Shown piece by piece: positions 19,828 to 31,130 of a stretch of DNA of 64,000 nt (its first letter is position 1; each line of letters starts with the position of its first letter). The position numbers and the translations under genes are program-made. Below the pieces are notes generated by a model. It was given only the letters and a program-made list of their open reading frames with translations, did no database searches and was not told the origin of the DNA. The DNA comes from Gemmatimonadales bacterium (GTDB lineage: Bacteria; Gemmatimonadota; Gemmatimonadetes; Gemmatimonadales; GWC2-71-9): assembly GCA_037189525.1 (NCBI GenBank), contig JBBCJC010000002.1, positions 864,001-928,000 of the forward strand, given 5' to 3'.

Positions 19828-21165
19828 ATGACGCGCCGACTCGCCCCCGACCAGCGGATCCTGCTCTGGGCGCTTGCGGCAGGCGCGCCGGCGTTGGCGG
19901 TCGCGGGGACGTTGCTCTGGCGCGCACCGATCGACGGCCTGGCGCGCTGGACCATCCTGGGCGGGCTCGTTGCCGTCTGGTACTTTGCCGCCCGCACCGC
20001 GCAACTCCGTTTCGTTCGTCCGCTCCAGGTCATTGCCAATATCCTGGCCGGACTCAGGGAAGGGCATTTCACTATCCGCGCCCGGGAGGAAGAGGGTGAC
20101 GACGTCCTGGGGTCGGTCCGTCGCGAGCTCAATGCCCTGGGACAATCGCTCAAGGAACAGCGGCTCGGTGCGCTGGAGGCCGACGCGCTGCTCAAGCGAT
20201 TGATGGAGGAAATCGACGTCGCGGTTTTTGCCTTCGACCCCGAAGGCATGCTCCGGGTCGCCAACAAAGCGGGAGAGCGCCTTCTCGGTCAGCCGATCGA
20301 GCGCCTGCTCGGCCGCACTGCTGCGTATTTGGGTCTCGATGCCTGCCTGACGGGCGAAACCCCTCGGATCGTGCCGCTCGAGGTGGGTGGCGCCGGTGGC
20401 GGGCGCTGGGAACTCCGCCGCCGGAGCTTTCGGCAAGGCGGGCTGCCGCTCGAACTGGTGGTGCTCACCGACCTGAGCCGAGTGCTCCGATCCGAGGAGC
20501 GACAGGTATGGCAACGCCTGGTGCGCGTCCTCAGTCACGAGATCAACAACTCGCTCGCTCCGATCAAGTCGGTGGCCGGGACCCTGACCCAGATGCTCGA
20601 TCGCGATCCGCGGCCGGCCGATTACGAAGAGGATCTTCGGCGCGGTCTCGAGGTGGTCGCGGCCCGATCCGATTCCCTCAATCGATTCATGGGGTCGTAT
20701 GCCCGGCTGGCGAAGCTTCCTCCGCCGACGCCTCGGCCGATGCGCGTCCTGGATTGGGTCAGCCGGGTCGTGCTGCTCGAACAGCGGCAGCAGGTCCGCA
20801 TCCTGCCCGGGCCCGATGTCACCATCATTGCCGACGGCGATCAACTCGACCAGGTGCTGATCAACCTGGTCAAGAACGCCGTCGAAGCCAGTGGCCCTGC
20901 CGGCGGGGCCGTCGAAGTCAGCTGGACGGAAACCGGTTCCTGGTTCGAGATGGTGGTGCGCGACGAAGGGCCGGGACTGGCCTCGACCACCAACCTCTTC
21001 GTCCCGTTTTACACCACCAAGCCCAGTGGAACGGGGGTCGGGCTCGTCTTCTCGCGCCAGGTCGTCGAGGCCCACGGCGGCCATCTGACCCTGACCAACC
21101 GTAGCGATCGCACCGGTGCTGAAGCGAGGATCGCCCTGCCGAAACGTCCCTCCGAAGGTGCCTAG
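19828..21165 (+). CDS. Membrane sensor histidine kinase (HAMP/PAS, NtrY-like)
   Basis: Two TM helices, RVLSHEINNSL, NLVKNA, DEGPG, PFYTTK, GTGVGL. Confidence 0.93.
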   Translation: MTRRLAPDQRILLWALAAGAPALAVAGTLLWRAPIDGLARWTILGGLVAVWYFAARTAQLRFVRPLQVIANILAGLREGHFTIRAREEEGDDVLGSVRRELNALGQSLKEQRLGALEADALLKRLMEEIDVAVFAFDPEGMLRVANKAGERLLGQPIERLLGRTAAYLGLDACLTGETPRIVPLEVGGAGGGRWELRRRSFRQGGLPLELVVLTDLSRVLRSEERQVWQRLVRVLSHEINNSLAPIKSVAGTLTQMLDRDPRPADYEEDLRRGLEVVAARSDSLNRFMGSYARLAKLPPPTPRPMRVLDWVSRVVLLEQRQQVRILPGPDVTIIADGDQLDQVLINLVKNAVEASGPAGGAVEVSWTETGSWFEMVVRDEGPGLASTTNLFVPFYTTKPSGTGVGLVFSRQVVEAHGGHLTLTNRSDRTGAEARIALPKRPSEGA

Positions 21166-21266
21166 CCGGATCTCGCCGCTTGCGGTAGCTTAGAAGGTTG
21201 GGTCTGCTGCGGTCTGGTTTGGTAACTCATTTTCTGACAACGGTTTGCGGAGTAGGTCTGGGTGGA

Positions 21267-21584
21267 ATGGATCCGGTAATAACGCTGGGCGGATACATGG
21301 CAAAGCACGAGCGGGCGGCTGCCTTTGGTGGGGTGGACGGCCACGCCTATAGCTGTGCGGTGTACGTCGCGGAGGAGCCGGATGACCGGGGTCGCTTCGG
21401 GGCCGCGCTGCTCTTCGTGCGATGGGATCCGACCGGCCACCACCCCGCCGGGCATGTCGAAACGGATTACCTGGTCTTCGGCGAGTCGCGGGAGATGGCG
21501 GAACAGCGGATCGGCGCGCTCTCGCTCTTCGACGTCAAAGCCGCGCTCGACGAAGCCATCAGCGCTCGGCCGGAGGGCTGGTAG
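21267..21584 (+). CDS. Hypothetical protein
   Basis: Globular-looking 105-aa ORF (TLGGY..HERAAAF.G.DG..Y, GHVETDYL); its stop overlaps the rsgA start. Confidence 0.7.
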   Translation: MDPVITLGGYMAKHERAAAFGGVDGHAYSCAVYVAEEPDDRGRFGAALLFVRWDPTGHHPAGHVETDYLVFGESREMAEQRIGALSLFDVKAALDEAISARPEGW

Positions 21585-22489
21585 TGCCGCGGCGAGGCTT
21601 GGTGCTGGCGCGGTCGGGCTCGACCTACCGTGTCGCCACGGCCACCGGTGAAGTGGACGCGGTCCTGCGCGGCAAAGTGAAGCGCGACGATGTCGATCGC
21701 GTGGTTGCCGGCGATCAGGTGCTGCTCGACGCCGTCGATCGCCAGGGGGTGGCGGGAATCATCGGGACGGAGCCGCGTCGCAACATCCTGGAACGGAGCA
21801 ATCCGACCGGACGTCGCAGTCGCCCGATTGCGGCCAACCTCGATCGCGTGCTGGTACTCACCGCGGTCACCCATCCGGCGCCCAACCTGGGCCTGCTCGA
21901 TCGCCTGCTGGTCATTGCCGAAGCGAACGACATTCCGGCGGGAGTCGTCATCACCAAGATCGATCTCGATACTCATGCCGACTTGAGTCTCCGCTTTCGG
22001 AACGCCGGGTATCAGGTCTGGCCCGTCAGCGTCCGGACCGGCGAAGGAATTGCGGAGCTGACAGAGACGATTCGCGGTCACGTTACCTTGCTCACGGGAC
22101 CGTCGGGTGTCGGCAAGACGAGCCTGCTCAATCGGATTCAGCCGGGGCTGGGCCTCCGGACCGGAGCCCTCTCCGCCAAGATCGGCCGCGGTCGCAACAC
22201 GACGGTGAGCGCCGTGATGGTGCCGCTCGAGGGTGGCGGCTATCTGGTCGACACGCCCGGTTTCAGCGACGTCGGGCTCTGGGCGGCCGAGCCGCGCGAG
22301 TTGATCCACTGTTTTCCCGAGATGGGCAAACTCGTCGCGCAGTGCAAGTTCCCCGATTGTCATCATCTGTCGGAGCCCGGGTGCGCCGTCCGCGAGGCGG
22401 TCGAACTGGGCAATGTCGACGCGGGCCGCTACGAGAGCTTCAAACAACTGCGTGCCGAGCTGACGTCGGCGCCGCGTCACTGGGAATAA
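21584..22489 (+). CDS. rsgA: Ribosome small subunit-dependent GTPase A
   Basis: Circularly permuted GTPase motifs TKID, GPSGVGKT, TT, DTPG; zinc site CKFPDCHH.SEPGC. Confidence 0.95.
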   Translation: MPRRGLVLARSGSTYRVATATGEVDAVLRGKVKRDDVDRVVAGDQVLLDAVDRQGVAGIIGTEPRRNILERSNPTGRRSRPIAANLDRVLVLTAVTHPAPNLGLLDRLLVIAEANDIPAGVVITKIDLDTHADLSLRFRNAGYQVWPVSVRTGEGIAELTETIRGHVTLLTGPSGVGKTSLLNRIQPGLGLRTGALSAKIGRGRNTTVSAVMVPLEGGGYLVDTPGFSDVGLWAAEPRELIHCFPEMGKLVAQCKFPDCHHLSEPGCAVREAVELGNVDAGRYESFKQLRAELTSAPRHWE

Positions 22490-22514
22490 CCGTATCACCG
22501 TTCGAGGGGGCACA

Positions 22515-23963
22515 ATGAGGCGAAGCGGGTGGCTCGTTCTGGCACTGGCGGGCGCCGCCGGTTGCGCATCTGGCGGCGAAAATCATGACGTCGTGATCAC
22601 GGGCGGGCGGGTGATCGATCCGGAATCGGGTCTCGACGGCATCCGGTCGGTCGGCATTCGCGGCGGCAAGGTCATCACGATTGCAACCGGTGAGTTGACC
22701 GGCGCCAAGGTCATCGACGCGACGGGTCTGGTGGTGGCGCCCGGCTTCATCGATCTCCATGTGCACGGACAGGACGACGAGAACTACCGGACCATGGCGC
22801 TCGACGGAGTGACCACCGCGCTCGAGCTCGAAGTCGGCACCGAGGATGTGCCCGGCTTCTACGCGAGCCGCGAGGGCAAGGCGCTCATCAACTACGGCGC
22901 GAGCGTCGGCCACATCCGGACCCGGATGGCCGTGATGGGCGACCAGGGACCGTTTCTGCCCATCGGACCTGGTGGCCGCCAGGCCGCATCCGACGCCGAG
23001 ATCACCGAGATGCGGAACCGGATCGACGCGGGCCTGAGCCAGGGAGCGTTAGGCGTCGGGTTCGGTCTCCAGTACACACCCGCCGCAACCAAGTGGGAAG
23101 TGCTGGAGATGTTCCGCGCCGCCGCCAAATATGGCGCGCCGGCGCTGGTCCACACCCGCTCCTGGGGCACCACCGATCCCGGCAGCAGTGTCGAGTCGTA
23201 CCTCGAAGTCATTGCGGCCGCCGCCGTGACCGGTGCGCCGCTCCATTTCCATCACTTGAACAGCACCAGCCTCGAGTCGACGCCGCGGACCCTGCAGGTC
23301 GTCGAAGAAGCGCGGGCGCGGGGTCTCCAGGTGACGGCCGAGGCCTATCCGTACAGCGCGGGGATGACCGACATCAGCTCGCCGCTGCTCGATCAGTTCG
23401 AGAACGCCCCGGATTCGGTGTACGGGAAGATGCAGCTCGTCTCCACCGGTGAACGGCTGACCCGACAGACCTTCCGCGCTAATCGGAAGCCGGGTGTGGC
23501 CGTGATCCTCCATCTCAACTCGCCGGAAATGGAGGCGCTCGCCATGAAGAGCCCCTTCACGGCGATTGCCAGCGACGGACGGCTGTTCAACGGCCTGGGT
23601 CATCCCCGCAGCGCCGGGACCCGCGGACGGCTCTTCGGCCACTATGTGCGGGAGACCAAGCAGATCGAACTGGCCGACGCGATCCGGAAGGCGGCGCTGC
23701 TTCCTGCGCAGATCCTGGAGGGCCTGGCGCCGGCGTTTGCCGCGAAGGGGCGCATCAAAGTCGGCGCCGATGCCGACCTGGTCCTCTTCGACCCCGCGAC
23801 CGTGACCGATCGCTCGACCTATCAGCAGCCGAATCTGACCAGTGAAGGATTCAGGCACGTCCTGATCGGCGGTGTGCCGGTCGTGGAGGGCGGCGAGGTG
23901 GTGAGCGGTGTGCTGCCCGGCAAGGGCATTCGCGGCACCGGTCAGCCCAAGGCGGCCCAGTAG
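22515..23963 (+). CDS. Lipoprotein amidohydrolase (N-acyl-D-amino-acid / D-glutamate deacylase-like)
   Basis: Lipobox AAG-C, PGFIDLHVH, TAEAYPY, ASDG, HPR..GT, KGRIKVGADADL. Confidence 0.85.
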   Translation: MRRSGWLVLALAGAAGCASGGENHDVVITGGRVIDPESGLDGIRSVGIRGGKVITIATGELTGAKVIDATGLVVAPGFIDLHVHGQDDENYRTMALDGVTTALELEVGTEDVPGFYASREGKALINYGASVGHIRTRMAVMGDQGPFLPIGPGGRQAASDAEITEMRNRIDAGLSQGALGVGFGLQYTPAATKWEVLEMFRAAAKYGAPALVHTRSWGTTDPGSSVESYLEVIAAAAVTGAPLHFHHLNSTSLESTPRTLQVVEEARARGLQVTAEAYPYSAGMTDISSPLLDQFENAPDSVYGKMQLVSTGERLTRQTFRANRKPGVAVILHLNSPEMEALAMKSPFTAIASDGRLFNGLGHPRSAGTRGRLFGHYVRETKQIELADAIRKAALLPAQILEGLAPAFAAKGRIKVGADADLVLFDPATVTDRSTYQQPNLTSEGFRHVLIGGVPVVEGGEVVSGVLPGKGIRGTGQPKAAQ

Positions 23964-23993
23964 CCGGCCGCAAACGTTTGGAGCGGGCGGCGG

Positions 23994-25124
23994 TTAGATC
24001 CCGACGGTTTCGCCGACGCCCGCTCGGAGCGTGCGCCAGAGAAATTTGAGTAGCGGCATGTCGTCCGGACGTTCGACCCGGATGAAGGCCGTCATGGCCG
24101 GTTCTTCGGGCTTGGGGTTATCGACCCGGAGCGCGAAGGTGTTGGAGATGAAGCTCTCCAGGTGATCGCCCAGCGACCGGCCACGCGTGACTTTGTCGAG
24201 CGTCGCAATCCGCAGGTCCCGATATCGCGCCTGCAGGCGCCCCGTCGCCACATCGTCTTCGACCGCGACACGAAACCAGAGCGTGTCGACGACGCCTCCG
24301 GTTATCCGCACCCCTTCGAGATCGACCGTCATGGTGTTGAGGATGGTCGGCTCGAAACGCCCCACGCCACCTTCGTAGCGCATCGAGAGTCCCGGGGCGA
24401 ACATGTCGTACTGCATCGTCGAATGGACCAGCCCGGTCCCGGCCGCCGCAAATCGGAGATCGATGGTCGCGGGTTGCTGGCCCCGATCCCGCTGGTTGGT
24501 GATGTTGTCGATCTCCAGCTGAATGTCCGCGAATTCGAATCGGCCATACCGGGCTCCGTCGTTGGCTCGCTCCCGATAGCGCAGATTCCCGTCCGACAAC
24601 TCCAGCCGGCCGATCGACACCGCCGTCTCGATCTGCTGCAACGCCAGGTGGGGAAGCACCGGGCCCGCGCCCTCCCGCTTCGGGATCTGCCGATCGAGCG
24701 AGATCCCGATGTCGGGCGCGGTGATGATGAGCTGGTCCGCGTCGACCGCGCGGCGCAGCAGGGCGCCGAGCCGGATGCCGGTTATTTCGAGCTGCCGAAT
24801 ATGGACGGTATAGAGGTCGCGGGGCGCCGCCTTTTCGCTCTGCAACTCCGCCAGGCGCGCACTGTCGAGGTGGAGTTGGACATCGGTGGCACGGTAGCGA
24901 CCCTCCAGCAGGTCCAGCGACGAAGTACCGATCGAGACCCGGTAGAGGCCGGCCGACGATGCCGTCAGGCTGCGATTGATGCGGGCCTCGAGCGCTTCCG
25001 GCTTCGCTTGCCCCGCAATGACACGCTCGGCAATCACGCCAAGCGCCACCAGGATCGCGAGGATGATGGCAATCCAGAACCACAGCCGGGTGCGACGGCT
25101 GGCTGCGCGTTTGGGTTCGTCCAC
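23994..25124 (-). CDS. Membrane-anchored AsmA/DUF748-like hypothetical protein
   Basis: Basic N-terminus, single TM helix, beta-rich body, KFLWRTLRAG C-terminus; GTG at 25124. Confidence 0.65.
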   Translation of the reverse strand: MDEPKRAASRRTRLWFWIAIILAILVALGVIAERVIAGQAKPEALEARINRSLTASSAGLYRVSIGTSSLDLLEGRYRATDVQLHLDSARLAELQSEKAAPRDLYTVHIRQLEITGIRLGALLRRAVDADQLIITAPDIGISLDRQIPKREGAGPVLPHLALQQIETAVSIGRLELSDGNLRYRERANDGARYGRFEFADIQLEIDNITNQRDRGQQPATIDLRFAAAGTGLVHSTMQYDMFAPGLSMRYEGGVGRFEPTILNTMTVDLEGVRITGGVVDTLWFRVAVEDDVATGRLQARYRDLRIATLDKVTRGRSLGDHLESFISNTFALRVDNPKPEEPAMTAFIRVERPDDMPLLKFLWRTLRAGVGETVGI

Positions 25125-25228
25125 GGTACGCCCCCGGTTGTTCCGAGCCTGGCCGGCCGCACGGAGGGGTCCGTGCGGCCTGTATCCAAGGGAGACGTAG
25201 TTGAGGTGCCGGCCTGCACGGCCGGCGG

Positions 25229-25573
25229 TCAGGAGGCTGGCGGGTTCTTGAGGGTCCAGCGGGTGGTGTCGCGCGTATCGACTTTGGCCATCATCCGGTC
25301 GAACGCCTCCTGCAGATCGATCTTTTCCCGATTGGCCATGCAGATCAGGACGAACATGATATCGGCCATTTCCATCCCGAGGTCGCCCTCGGGTTCGGAA
25401 CGTTTTTTCGTCTTCTGGCCGAAGCGATGGTTCACTTCCCGCGCCAGTTCGCCCACTTCCTCGGCCAGCCGGGCAAGGTTGGTGAGCGGATGGAAATAGC
25501 CTTCTTCGAACTGTGAGATCCAGGCGTCGACCCGCTGCTGGCATTCGGCCAGCGTCGATCCACACCCGCTCAC
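25229..25573 (-). CDS. MazG-like nucleotide pyrophosphohydrolase (YpjD-like)
   Basis: QQRVDAWI..GYFHPLTNLARLAEEVGELARE..EMAD..RDTTRW. Confidence 0.92.
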   Translation of the reverse strand: MSGCGSTLAECQQRVDAWISQFEEGYFHPLTNLARLAEEVGELAREVNHRFGQKTKKRSEPEGDLGMEMADIMFVLICMANREKIDLQEAFDRMMAKVDTRDTTRWTLKNPPAS

Positions 25574-25611
25574 GGTGTCGGTCCTTGATGGCGAGTAGTC
25601 ACAGACATGCC

Positions 25612-26133
25612 TCAGGTAGCCTGCAAGGCGCGGATCAGCGCTTTGCAGAAGACGGGAAGGTCGGCCGGGGTGCGGGAGGAGATCAGATTGCCGTCGACCA
25701 CGACCGGACTGTCTTCCCACAGCATCCCGGCATTCTCGAGGTCGTCCCGGATGGCGCCGACGCTGGTTCCGCGCTTGCCACGCACGATCTTGGCGGAGAT
25801 CGGTACCCAGCCGGCGTGGCAGATGAAGGCGACCGGTTTGCCGGCGTCGCAAATTTCCTTGGTGAGCGACAAGACTTTGGCCGATCGGCGCAGCTTGTCA
25901 GGCGCGAATCCACCCGGAATCACCAGTGCATCGAACTCGGCAGCGGACAACGAGTCCACGTCGGTGTCGACGGTGATGGGGTAGCCGTTTTTGCCCTGGT
26001 AGGTCTTCTCCCCCAGGCCGGCGACCACCGCGGTGGCCCCCTCCTCCTCGAGGCGGATCTTGGGGTACCAGAGCTCGAGATCCTCATAATGGGCTGCGGC
26101 GAAAATCAGCACGCGTTTACCGGCAAGCGACAT
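25612..26133 (-). CDS. PfpI/DJ-1 family protein (type 1 glutamine amidotransferase fold)
   Basis: YEDLE, IPGGFAPD, AFICHAG, VVVDGNLISSRTPADL; GGAGG RBS. Confidence 0.92.
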   Translation of the reverse strand: MSLAGKRVLIFAAAHYEDLELWYPKIRLEEEGATAVVAGLGEKTYQGKNGYPITVDTDVDSLSAAEFDALVIPGGFAPDKLRRSAKVLSLTKEICDAGKPVAFICHAGWVPISAKIVRGKRGTSVGAIRDDLENAGMLWEDSPVVVDGNLISSRTPADLPVFCKALIRALQAT

Positions 26134-26233
26134 GGCGTCCTCCACGGGCGTTGGTGCGGTATCTTTCGGGGCGCGGCCCAATTCTAACCGATTCGACCGG
26201 TCGACCCCGTCCTCCATCAGGATAGTGCCATCT

Positions 26234-26479
26234 ATGCGTTCGCGTGACCAGATCCTTGCCAACCTCGAGGCCATCTATCGGGAGTCGTTCCAGCGGGCGC
26301 AGGAAAGCGGCGATCCGGCCCGGATGGCCGACCTGGACTGCGCTTACGTGCGGGATCAGCTCACCATGGAAATTTTGCTCGACGTGCGTGATCTGTTCTC
26401 GGTGGCCCCCGCCGCCAAGTCGGGGGGGACCGCGCTCGAGAAGCTGGAGGCGATCCGCCGTTTCACCAAGATCCGCTGA
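26234..26479 (+). CDS. Small helical hypothetical protein
   Basis: 81 aa, MRSRDQILANLE..LLDVRDL..ALEKLEAIRR; fills the gap before the amidohydrolase. Confidence 0.7.
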   Translation: MRSRDQILANLEAIYRESFQRAQESGDPARMADLDCAYVRDQLTMEILLDVRDLFSVAPAAKSGGTALEKLEAIRRFTKIR

Positions 26480-26492
26480 TCCGGGAGTTCCC

Positions 26493-28148
26493 ATGCCGAT
26501 TCGTTCTGCTCGACTCGCCCTGCCGGTCGTCTTCGCGCTCCTCTCGGCCTGCCGGTCGTCGGCACCGGCCGATCTCGTCGTCTTCGGTACCGTCTGGACC
26601 GCCGATTCCCTGGCGCCGCGGGCCCAAGCCATTGCCGTCCGGGGTGACAGCATCGTCGCCGTGGGCGACAGTGCCACGATTGCCGGGTTGATCGGTCCCG
26701 AGACCGAACGGATCGACAATCCGGGCGGTCTGGTGATGCCCGGCTTCATCGATGACCACGTGCACCTTGCCCTGGGCGGCCATCAGCTGTCCAACGTCGA
26801 CTTGCGGGACGCCGACACGCCCGAGGAATTCATTCGTCGGATCGCCGAGTTTGTCCGGACCCGGCCGGCGGGAAGCTGGATCCTGCGTGGCACCTGGGAC
26901 CACGAGTTGTGGCCCGGGGCTCCGCTGCCCGACCGCAGCTGGATCGACTCGGTGACCCCCGATCATCCGGTCTTCGTCACCCGCCTGGATGGTCATATGA
27001 GTCTGGCCAACTCGGCGGCGCTCCGCGCGGCGGGCATCGATCGTTCGATCCGCGATATCCCCGGTGGCGAGATCGTACGCCGGCGCGACGGCGAACTGAC
27101 CGGCATGTTCAAGGACGCGGCCATGACGGCCGTTCGCGCCGCGATTCCCGCCACGACGCCGGTGGAACTCGATTCGGTCGTGGCGCGCGCCCTCCGGCAC
27201 GCCGCATCGGTCGGCGTGACGAGCATGGCGAGTGTGAGCAGTTCGTGGGCGGACGTGGCGGCGCTGCGGCGCGCGCGGGCCAACGGTACCCTGACGGTGC
27301 GGGTAGCGAGCTACCTGCCACTCGAGGAGTGGCATACCGTCGCCGATTCGATGGCAAAGTCCGGTCCCGGCGACGACTGGCTTCGGGTGGCGGGTGTGAA
27401 AGGCTTCGTCGACGGATCGCTCGGCTCGACCACGGCCTATTTCGACGCTCCGTTCAGCGACGCGCCGTCGACCAGCGGCTTTCTCGTGCATCCGGTCGAC
27501 TCGCTACGCCGCTGGATCACGGCCGCCGATTCGTCCGGCCTGCAGGTCGTGGTGCACGCCATCGGCGACCGGGCCAATGGAGTATTGCTCGACCTGTTCG
27601 ACGAGGCGGCCCGGACCAACGGCGCGCGCGATCGCCGGTTCCGGATCGAGCATGCGCAGCACATTCGCCCGGCCGACCTCCCGAGATTCGCGGCGCTGGG
27701 GGTGATTCCGTCGATGCAGCCCTACCATGCGGCAGACGACGGTCGCTGGGCAGAGAAGCGGATCGGCCCCGAGCGGATCAAGACCACGTACGCGTTCCGC
27801 TCGCTGCTCGATGCCAAGGCCCGCCTCGTGTTCGGATCGGATTGGACCGTTGCCCCGCTCGAACCGATGCTCGGTGTCAAAGCCGCGGTGACGCGTGAGA
27901 CCATCGACGGGCGCGGCGTCTTCGTCCCCGAGGAGCGGATCACGGTCGAGGAGGCTCTCCGCGCCTACACCGTCGACAACGCCTACGCCATGTACCTGGA
28001 TCAGGCCGTCGGCCGGCTCGCGGTTGGTATGCAGGCGGATCTGGTCGTGCTGGACCGCGATCCGTTCAACGTTCCGCCCGATCAGCTCGGCCAGGTCCGT
28101 CCCCGGGTCACGGTGGTGGCGGGCCGCGTGGTCTATCGCGCTCCATGA
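26493..28148 (+). CDS. Lipoprotein amidohydrolase 3 (YtcJ-like)
   Basis: Lipobox LSA-C, PGFIDDHVH, KGFVDGSLGS, HAIGD, RIEHAQH, GSDW. Confidence 0.92.
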   Translation: MPIRSARLALPVVFALLSACRSSAPADLVVFGTVWTADSLAPRAQAIAVRGDSIVAVGDSATIAGLIGPETERIDNPGGLVMPGFIDDHVHLALGGHQLSNVDLRDADTPEEFIRRIAEFVRTRPAGSWILRGTWDHELWPGAPLPDRSWIDSVTPDHPVFVTRLDGHMSLANSAALRAAGIDRSIRDIPGGEIVRRRDGELTGMFKDAAMTAVRAAIPATTPVELDSVVARALRHAASVGVTSMASVSSSWADVAALRRARANGTLTVRVASYLPLEEWHTVADSMAKSGPGDDWLRVAGVKGFVDGSLGSTTAYFDAPFSDAPSTSGFLVHPVDSLRRWITAADSSGLQVVVHAIGDRANGVLLDLFDEAARTNGARDRRFRIEHAQHIRPADLPRFAALGVIPSMQPYHAADDGRWAEKRIGPERIKTTYAFRSLLDAKARLVFGSDWTVAPLEPMLGVKAAVTRETIDGRGVFVPEERITVEEALRAYTVDNAYAMYLDQAVGRLAVGMQADLVVLDRDPFNVPPDQLGQVRPRVTVVAGRVVYRAP

Positions 28149-28741
28149 GCGATCCGACACAGCGCCCGAGTCGGCCGATTCTTGCGGTCGGTGCGATTGG
28201 GGGTGCGTTGGTGGGGTTGTTGGCCGGTCTGCTGGTCGGAGCCGCGATGGATGCCGAGCGCGGCCGGTCCGTCGCCGGTTATACGCTCGGCGTCATGCCG
28301 CTTGCCGCGCTGATCGGCGCCTCCGCTCTGGCCTGGCTGATGCGAGACCATACGATTGCGCGATCACGGCAGTGGCTCGGAGGGCTGCTCGCGGTCGGGG
28401 CGGCGGTTGTCGTGTCGCTGGCCCTTGGTGCGCTCCGTTTCCGGGTGACCGGGGCCACCGGCTTCATTGCCTTCGGCGCCTTGTGGTACACGGCCGAGTT
28501 CCTGATGGTGATCGGTCTCCTGCCGGCCGTGGCGGCGCTCGGCGCCGGCGCCGCCAGCCGGTGGGTGACCGCGTCCGGTCCCGTGCGATTCCTCATTCCG
28601 CTGATGCTCGGTGCTTTGGTCGCCCTGATTGCCGGTCCCGTCGTGATCGGCGTGGTGGCACTGGGTGCCTTGGTCACCCCCGTCATGGTGACTGTCATCA
28701 CGATTCTGCTGATTGCCGTCTTTCGGGTGCGGCTTCCCTAG
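28145..28741 (+). CDS. Hypothetical multi-pass membrane protein
   Basis: About six hydrophobic segments; ATGA overlap with the upstream gene. Confidence 0.7.
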   Translation: MSDPTQRPSRPILAVGAIGGALVGLLAGLLVGAAMDAERGRSVAGYTLGVMPLAALIGASALAWLMRDHTIARSRQWLGGLLAVGAAVVVSLALGALRFRVTGATGFIAFGALWYTAEFLMVIGLLPAVAALGAGAASRWVTASGPVRFLIPLMLGALVALIAGPVVIGVVALGALVTPVMVTVITILLIAVFRVRLP

Positions 28742-28975
28742 GGTCGACGGGCTTCTGGGGCCCGGCACGGCGCCGTCACCGTTAGGCAGATCCGGTCTGC
28801 CGGCATGTCGTATTTCCGGTGCATGATGGCCGTATTTGGGCCTTTCGCTCGGAGCGAACGCACCCCGTCGGCGGTGCTCGCGCCCGGGGCTGCCGCGGGG
28901 TAAATTGGGAGGCTCAATCGATCGGAGCTGCGGCGCCGACGTAAACTGTTGCTGACCCTCGACATACGGCTCATC

Positions 28976-31102
28976 ATGGCGACTCGAACCTCTTCTCGCG
29001 CCAAGGCATCGGCGCGCCTCGATAAAGCCGAACTCCTCTCGATTTACCGCACGATGCTCCTCTCTCGGCGCATCGACGACAAGGAGATTCAGCTCAAGCG
29101 CCAGAACAAGATCTTCTTCCAGATCTCGGGCGCCGGTCACGAAGCCATCCTCACGGCCGCCGCCAAGGTCCTGCGTCCGGCGTACGACTGGTTCTACCTC
29201 TACTATCGCGATCGCGCCCTCTGTTTGGGACTGGGCATGACCGCGACCGAAATGCTGCTGTCGGCCGTCGGCGCCGCCGATGATCCGAACTCGGGCGGCC
29301 GGCAGATGCCGTCGCACTGGGGTCACAAGGATCTCAATATCGTGAGCGCCTCGAGCCCGACAGGTACGCAGTTCCTGCAGGGCGTCGGCGCGGCGGAAGC
29401 GTGGCTGCGGTACAGCCAGAACGACGCGATTACCGATCGCGACGAGTACACCAAGGGCGATGAAGTCGTCCTGATTACCACCGGCGACGGCACCACCAGC
29501 GAGGGCGAATTCTGGGAGTCGCTCAACACCGCCTGCAATCTCAAGCTGCCGGTGGTCTACCTGGTCGAGGACAACAAGTACGCCATTTCGGTTCCGGTCG
29601 AGGTCAACACCGCCGGCGGGTCGATTTCCAAGCTGGTCGCTGGATTTCCGGGCCTGTTCATTCAGGAAGTCGACGGCTGTGATCCGCTCGCATCCTATGA
29701 CGTGATGCAGAAGGCGGTGGAGTACGCCCGGCAGCGCAAGGGCCCGGCGCTGGTGCATGCGCATGTGATCCGGCCTTACAGCCACTCCCTCTCGGATGAC
29801 GAGATCCTCTACAAGCCGGTCGAAGAGCGGCAGCAGGAGGCGGGTCGCGATCCGATCACGGCCTTCCCGGCCTATCTGATCGAGCAGGGCGTCGCCACCG
29901 AGGCGGAAATCGAGGCCATCAAGCGCGAAGTCGACGAAGAGGTCGACGTGGCAACCGAGGTTGCGCTGGCCTCGCCGCAACCGGCGACCGATACGATCTA
30001 TCAGTACGTCTATTCTCCCGATGTCGATCCGACCTCGGAGCAGTTCGATACCGAGGATGATCCCCAGTTCTCGGGCGATCCGACCACCATGGTCGACCTG
30101 CTCAATGTCTGCATGAAAGATGAGATGGCCCGCGATCCGCGGATCCTCGTCTTCGGCGAAGATGTGGCCGACGTGAGCCGCGACCAGTATCTCGGGCAGG
30201 TCAAAGGGAAGGGTGGCGTCTTCAAGGTCACCTGGGGCCTGCAGAACAAGTTCGGCAGCCACCGGGTTTACAACTCGCCGCTGGCCGAGGCCAATATCGT
30301 TGGCCGGGCCATCGGTCTGGCAACGCGCGGGTTCAAGCCGGTCGTCGAAATCCAGTTCTTCGATTACATCTGGCCCGCCTACATGCAGCTGCGCGACGAA
30401 CTCGCCATCCTGCGCTGGCGCTCCAACAACGATTGGCCCGCGCCGGTGGTGGTGCGGGTGACCTACGGCGGCTACCTCAAGGGCGGGGCGCCGTACCACT
30501 CGCAGACGGGAGCGTCGATCTTCACGGCGGTGCCGGGGCTCCGGGTCATCTGCCCGGCAACTGCGCTCGATGCCAATGGCTTGCTGCGTACTGCGATTCG
30601 CTCGGAAGATCCGGTCCTCTTCCTCGAGCATAAGCATCTCTATCGCCAGACCTACAACAAGGCGCCGAACCCGGGCCCGAACTTCATGATTCCGTTCGGC
30701 AAGGCCAAGGTGGTGCGCGAGGGTACCGACCTGACCGTCGTGACCTACGGGGCCACGGTGCAGCGCTCGCTGGTGGCTGCCAAGGCGATGGAGGAAGAAC
30801 ACGGTGCCAGCGTCGAGGTGATCGACCTGCGCAGCCTGTCACCGGTCGACTGGGAAACGATCTACGCGTCGGTCAAGAAGACGAGCCGCGTCATGGTCGT
30901 CTACGAAGACTCGCTCTCGTGGGGGTATGGCGCCGAGATCGCGGCGCGGATCGCGGACGAGACGTTCAGCTATCTCGATGCGCCGGTCCGCCGAGTTGCG
31001 TCGACGGATACGTTCGTCGCCTACGCGCCGGAACTCGAGGACGTGATCCTGCCGCAGGTGCCCGGCATCAAGAAGGCCATGGAGGAGATCCTGTCCTTCT
31101 AG
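28976..31102 (+). CDS. Fused 2-oxoacid (probably branched-chain) dehydrogenase E1 alpha/beta
   Basis: SGAGHEA, YYRD, GRQMPSH, TPP motif [17 protein letters not shown]; beta part GEDVA, SPLAEA, EIQFFDY, HSQ, EHK. Confidence 0.95.
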   Translation: MATRTSSRAKASARLDKAELLSIYRTMLLSRRIDDKEIQLKRQNKIFFQISGAGHEAILTAAAKVLRPAYDWFYLYYRDRALCLGLGMTATEMLLSAVGAADDPNSGGRQMPSHWGHKDLNIVSASSPTGTQFLQGVGAAEAWLRYSQNDAITDRDEYTKGDEVVLITTGDGTTSEGEFWESLNTACNLKLPVVYLVEDNKYAISVPVEVNTAGGSISKLVAGFPGLFIQEVDGCDPLASYDVMQKAVEYARQRKGPALVHAHVIRPYSHSLSDDEILYKPVEERQQEAGRDPITAFPAYLIEQGVATEAEIEAIKREVDEEVDVATEVALASPQPATDTIYQYVYSPDVDPTSEQFDTEDDPQFSGDPTTMVDLLNVCMKDEMARDPRILVFGEDVADVSRDQYLGQVKGKGGVFKVTWGLQNKFGSHRVYNSPLAEANIVGRAIGLATRGFKPVVEIQFFDYIWPAYMQLRDELAILRWRSNNDWPAPVVVRVTYGGYLKGGAPYHSQTGASIFTAVPGLRVICPATALDANGLLRTAIRSEDPVLFLEHKHLYRQTYNKAPNPGPNFMIPFGKAKVVREGTDLTVVTYGATVQRSLVAAKAMEEEHGASVEVIDLRSLSPVDWETIYASVKKTSRVMVVYEDSLSWGYGAEIAARIADETFSYLDAPVRRVASTDTFVAYAPELEDVILPQVPGIKKAMEEILSF

Positions 31103-31130
31103 CAGGTCCAGGTCGAAGTACCGGAATAAC

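Noticed and set aside
28364..30802. 812-aa minus-strand ORF
   Set aside because: Antisense shadow of the E1 alpha/beta gene
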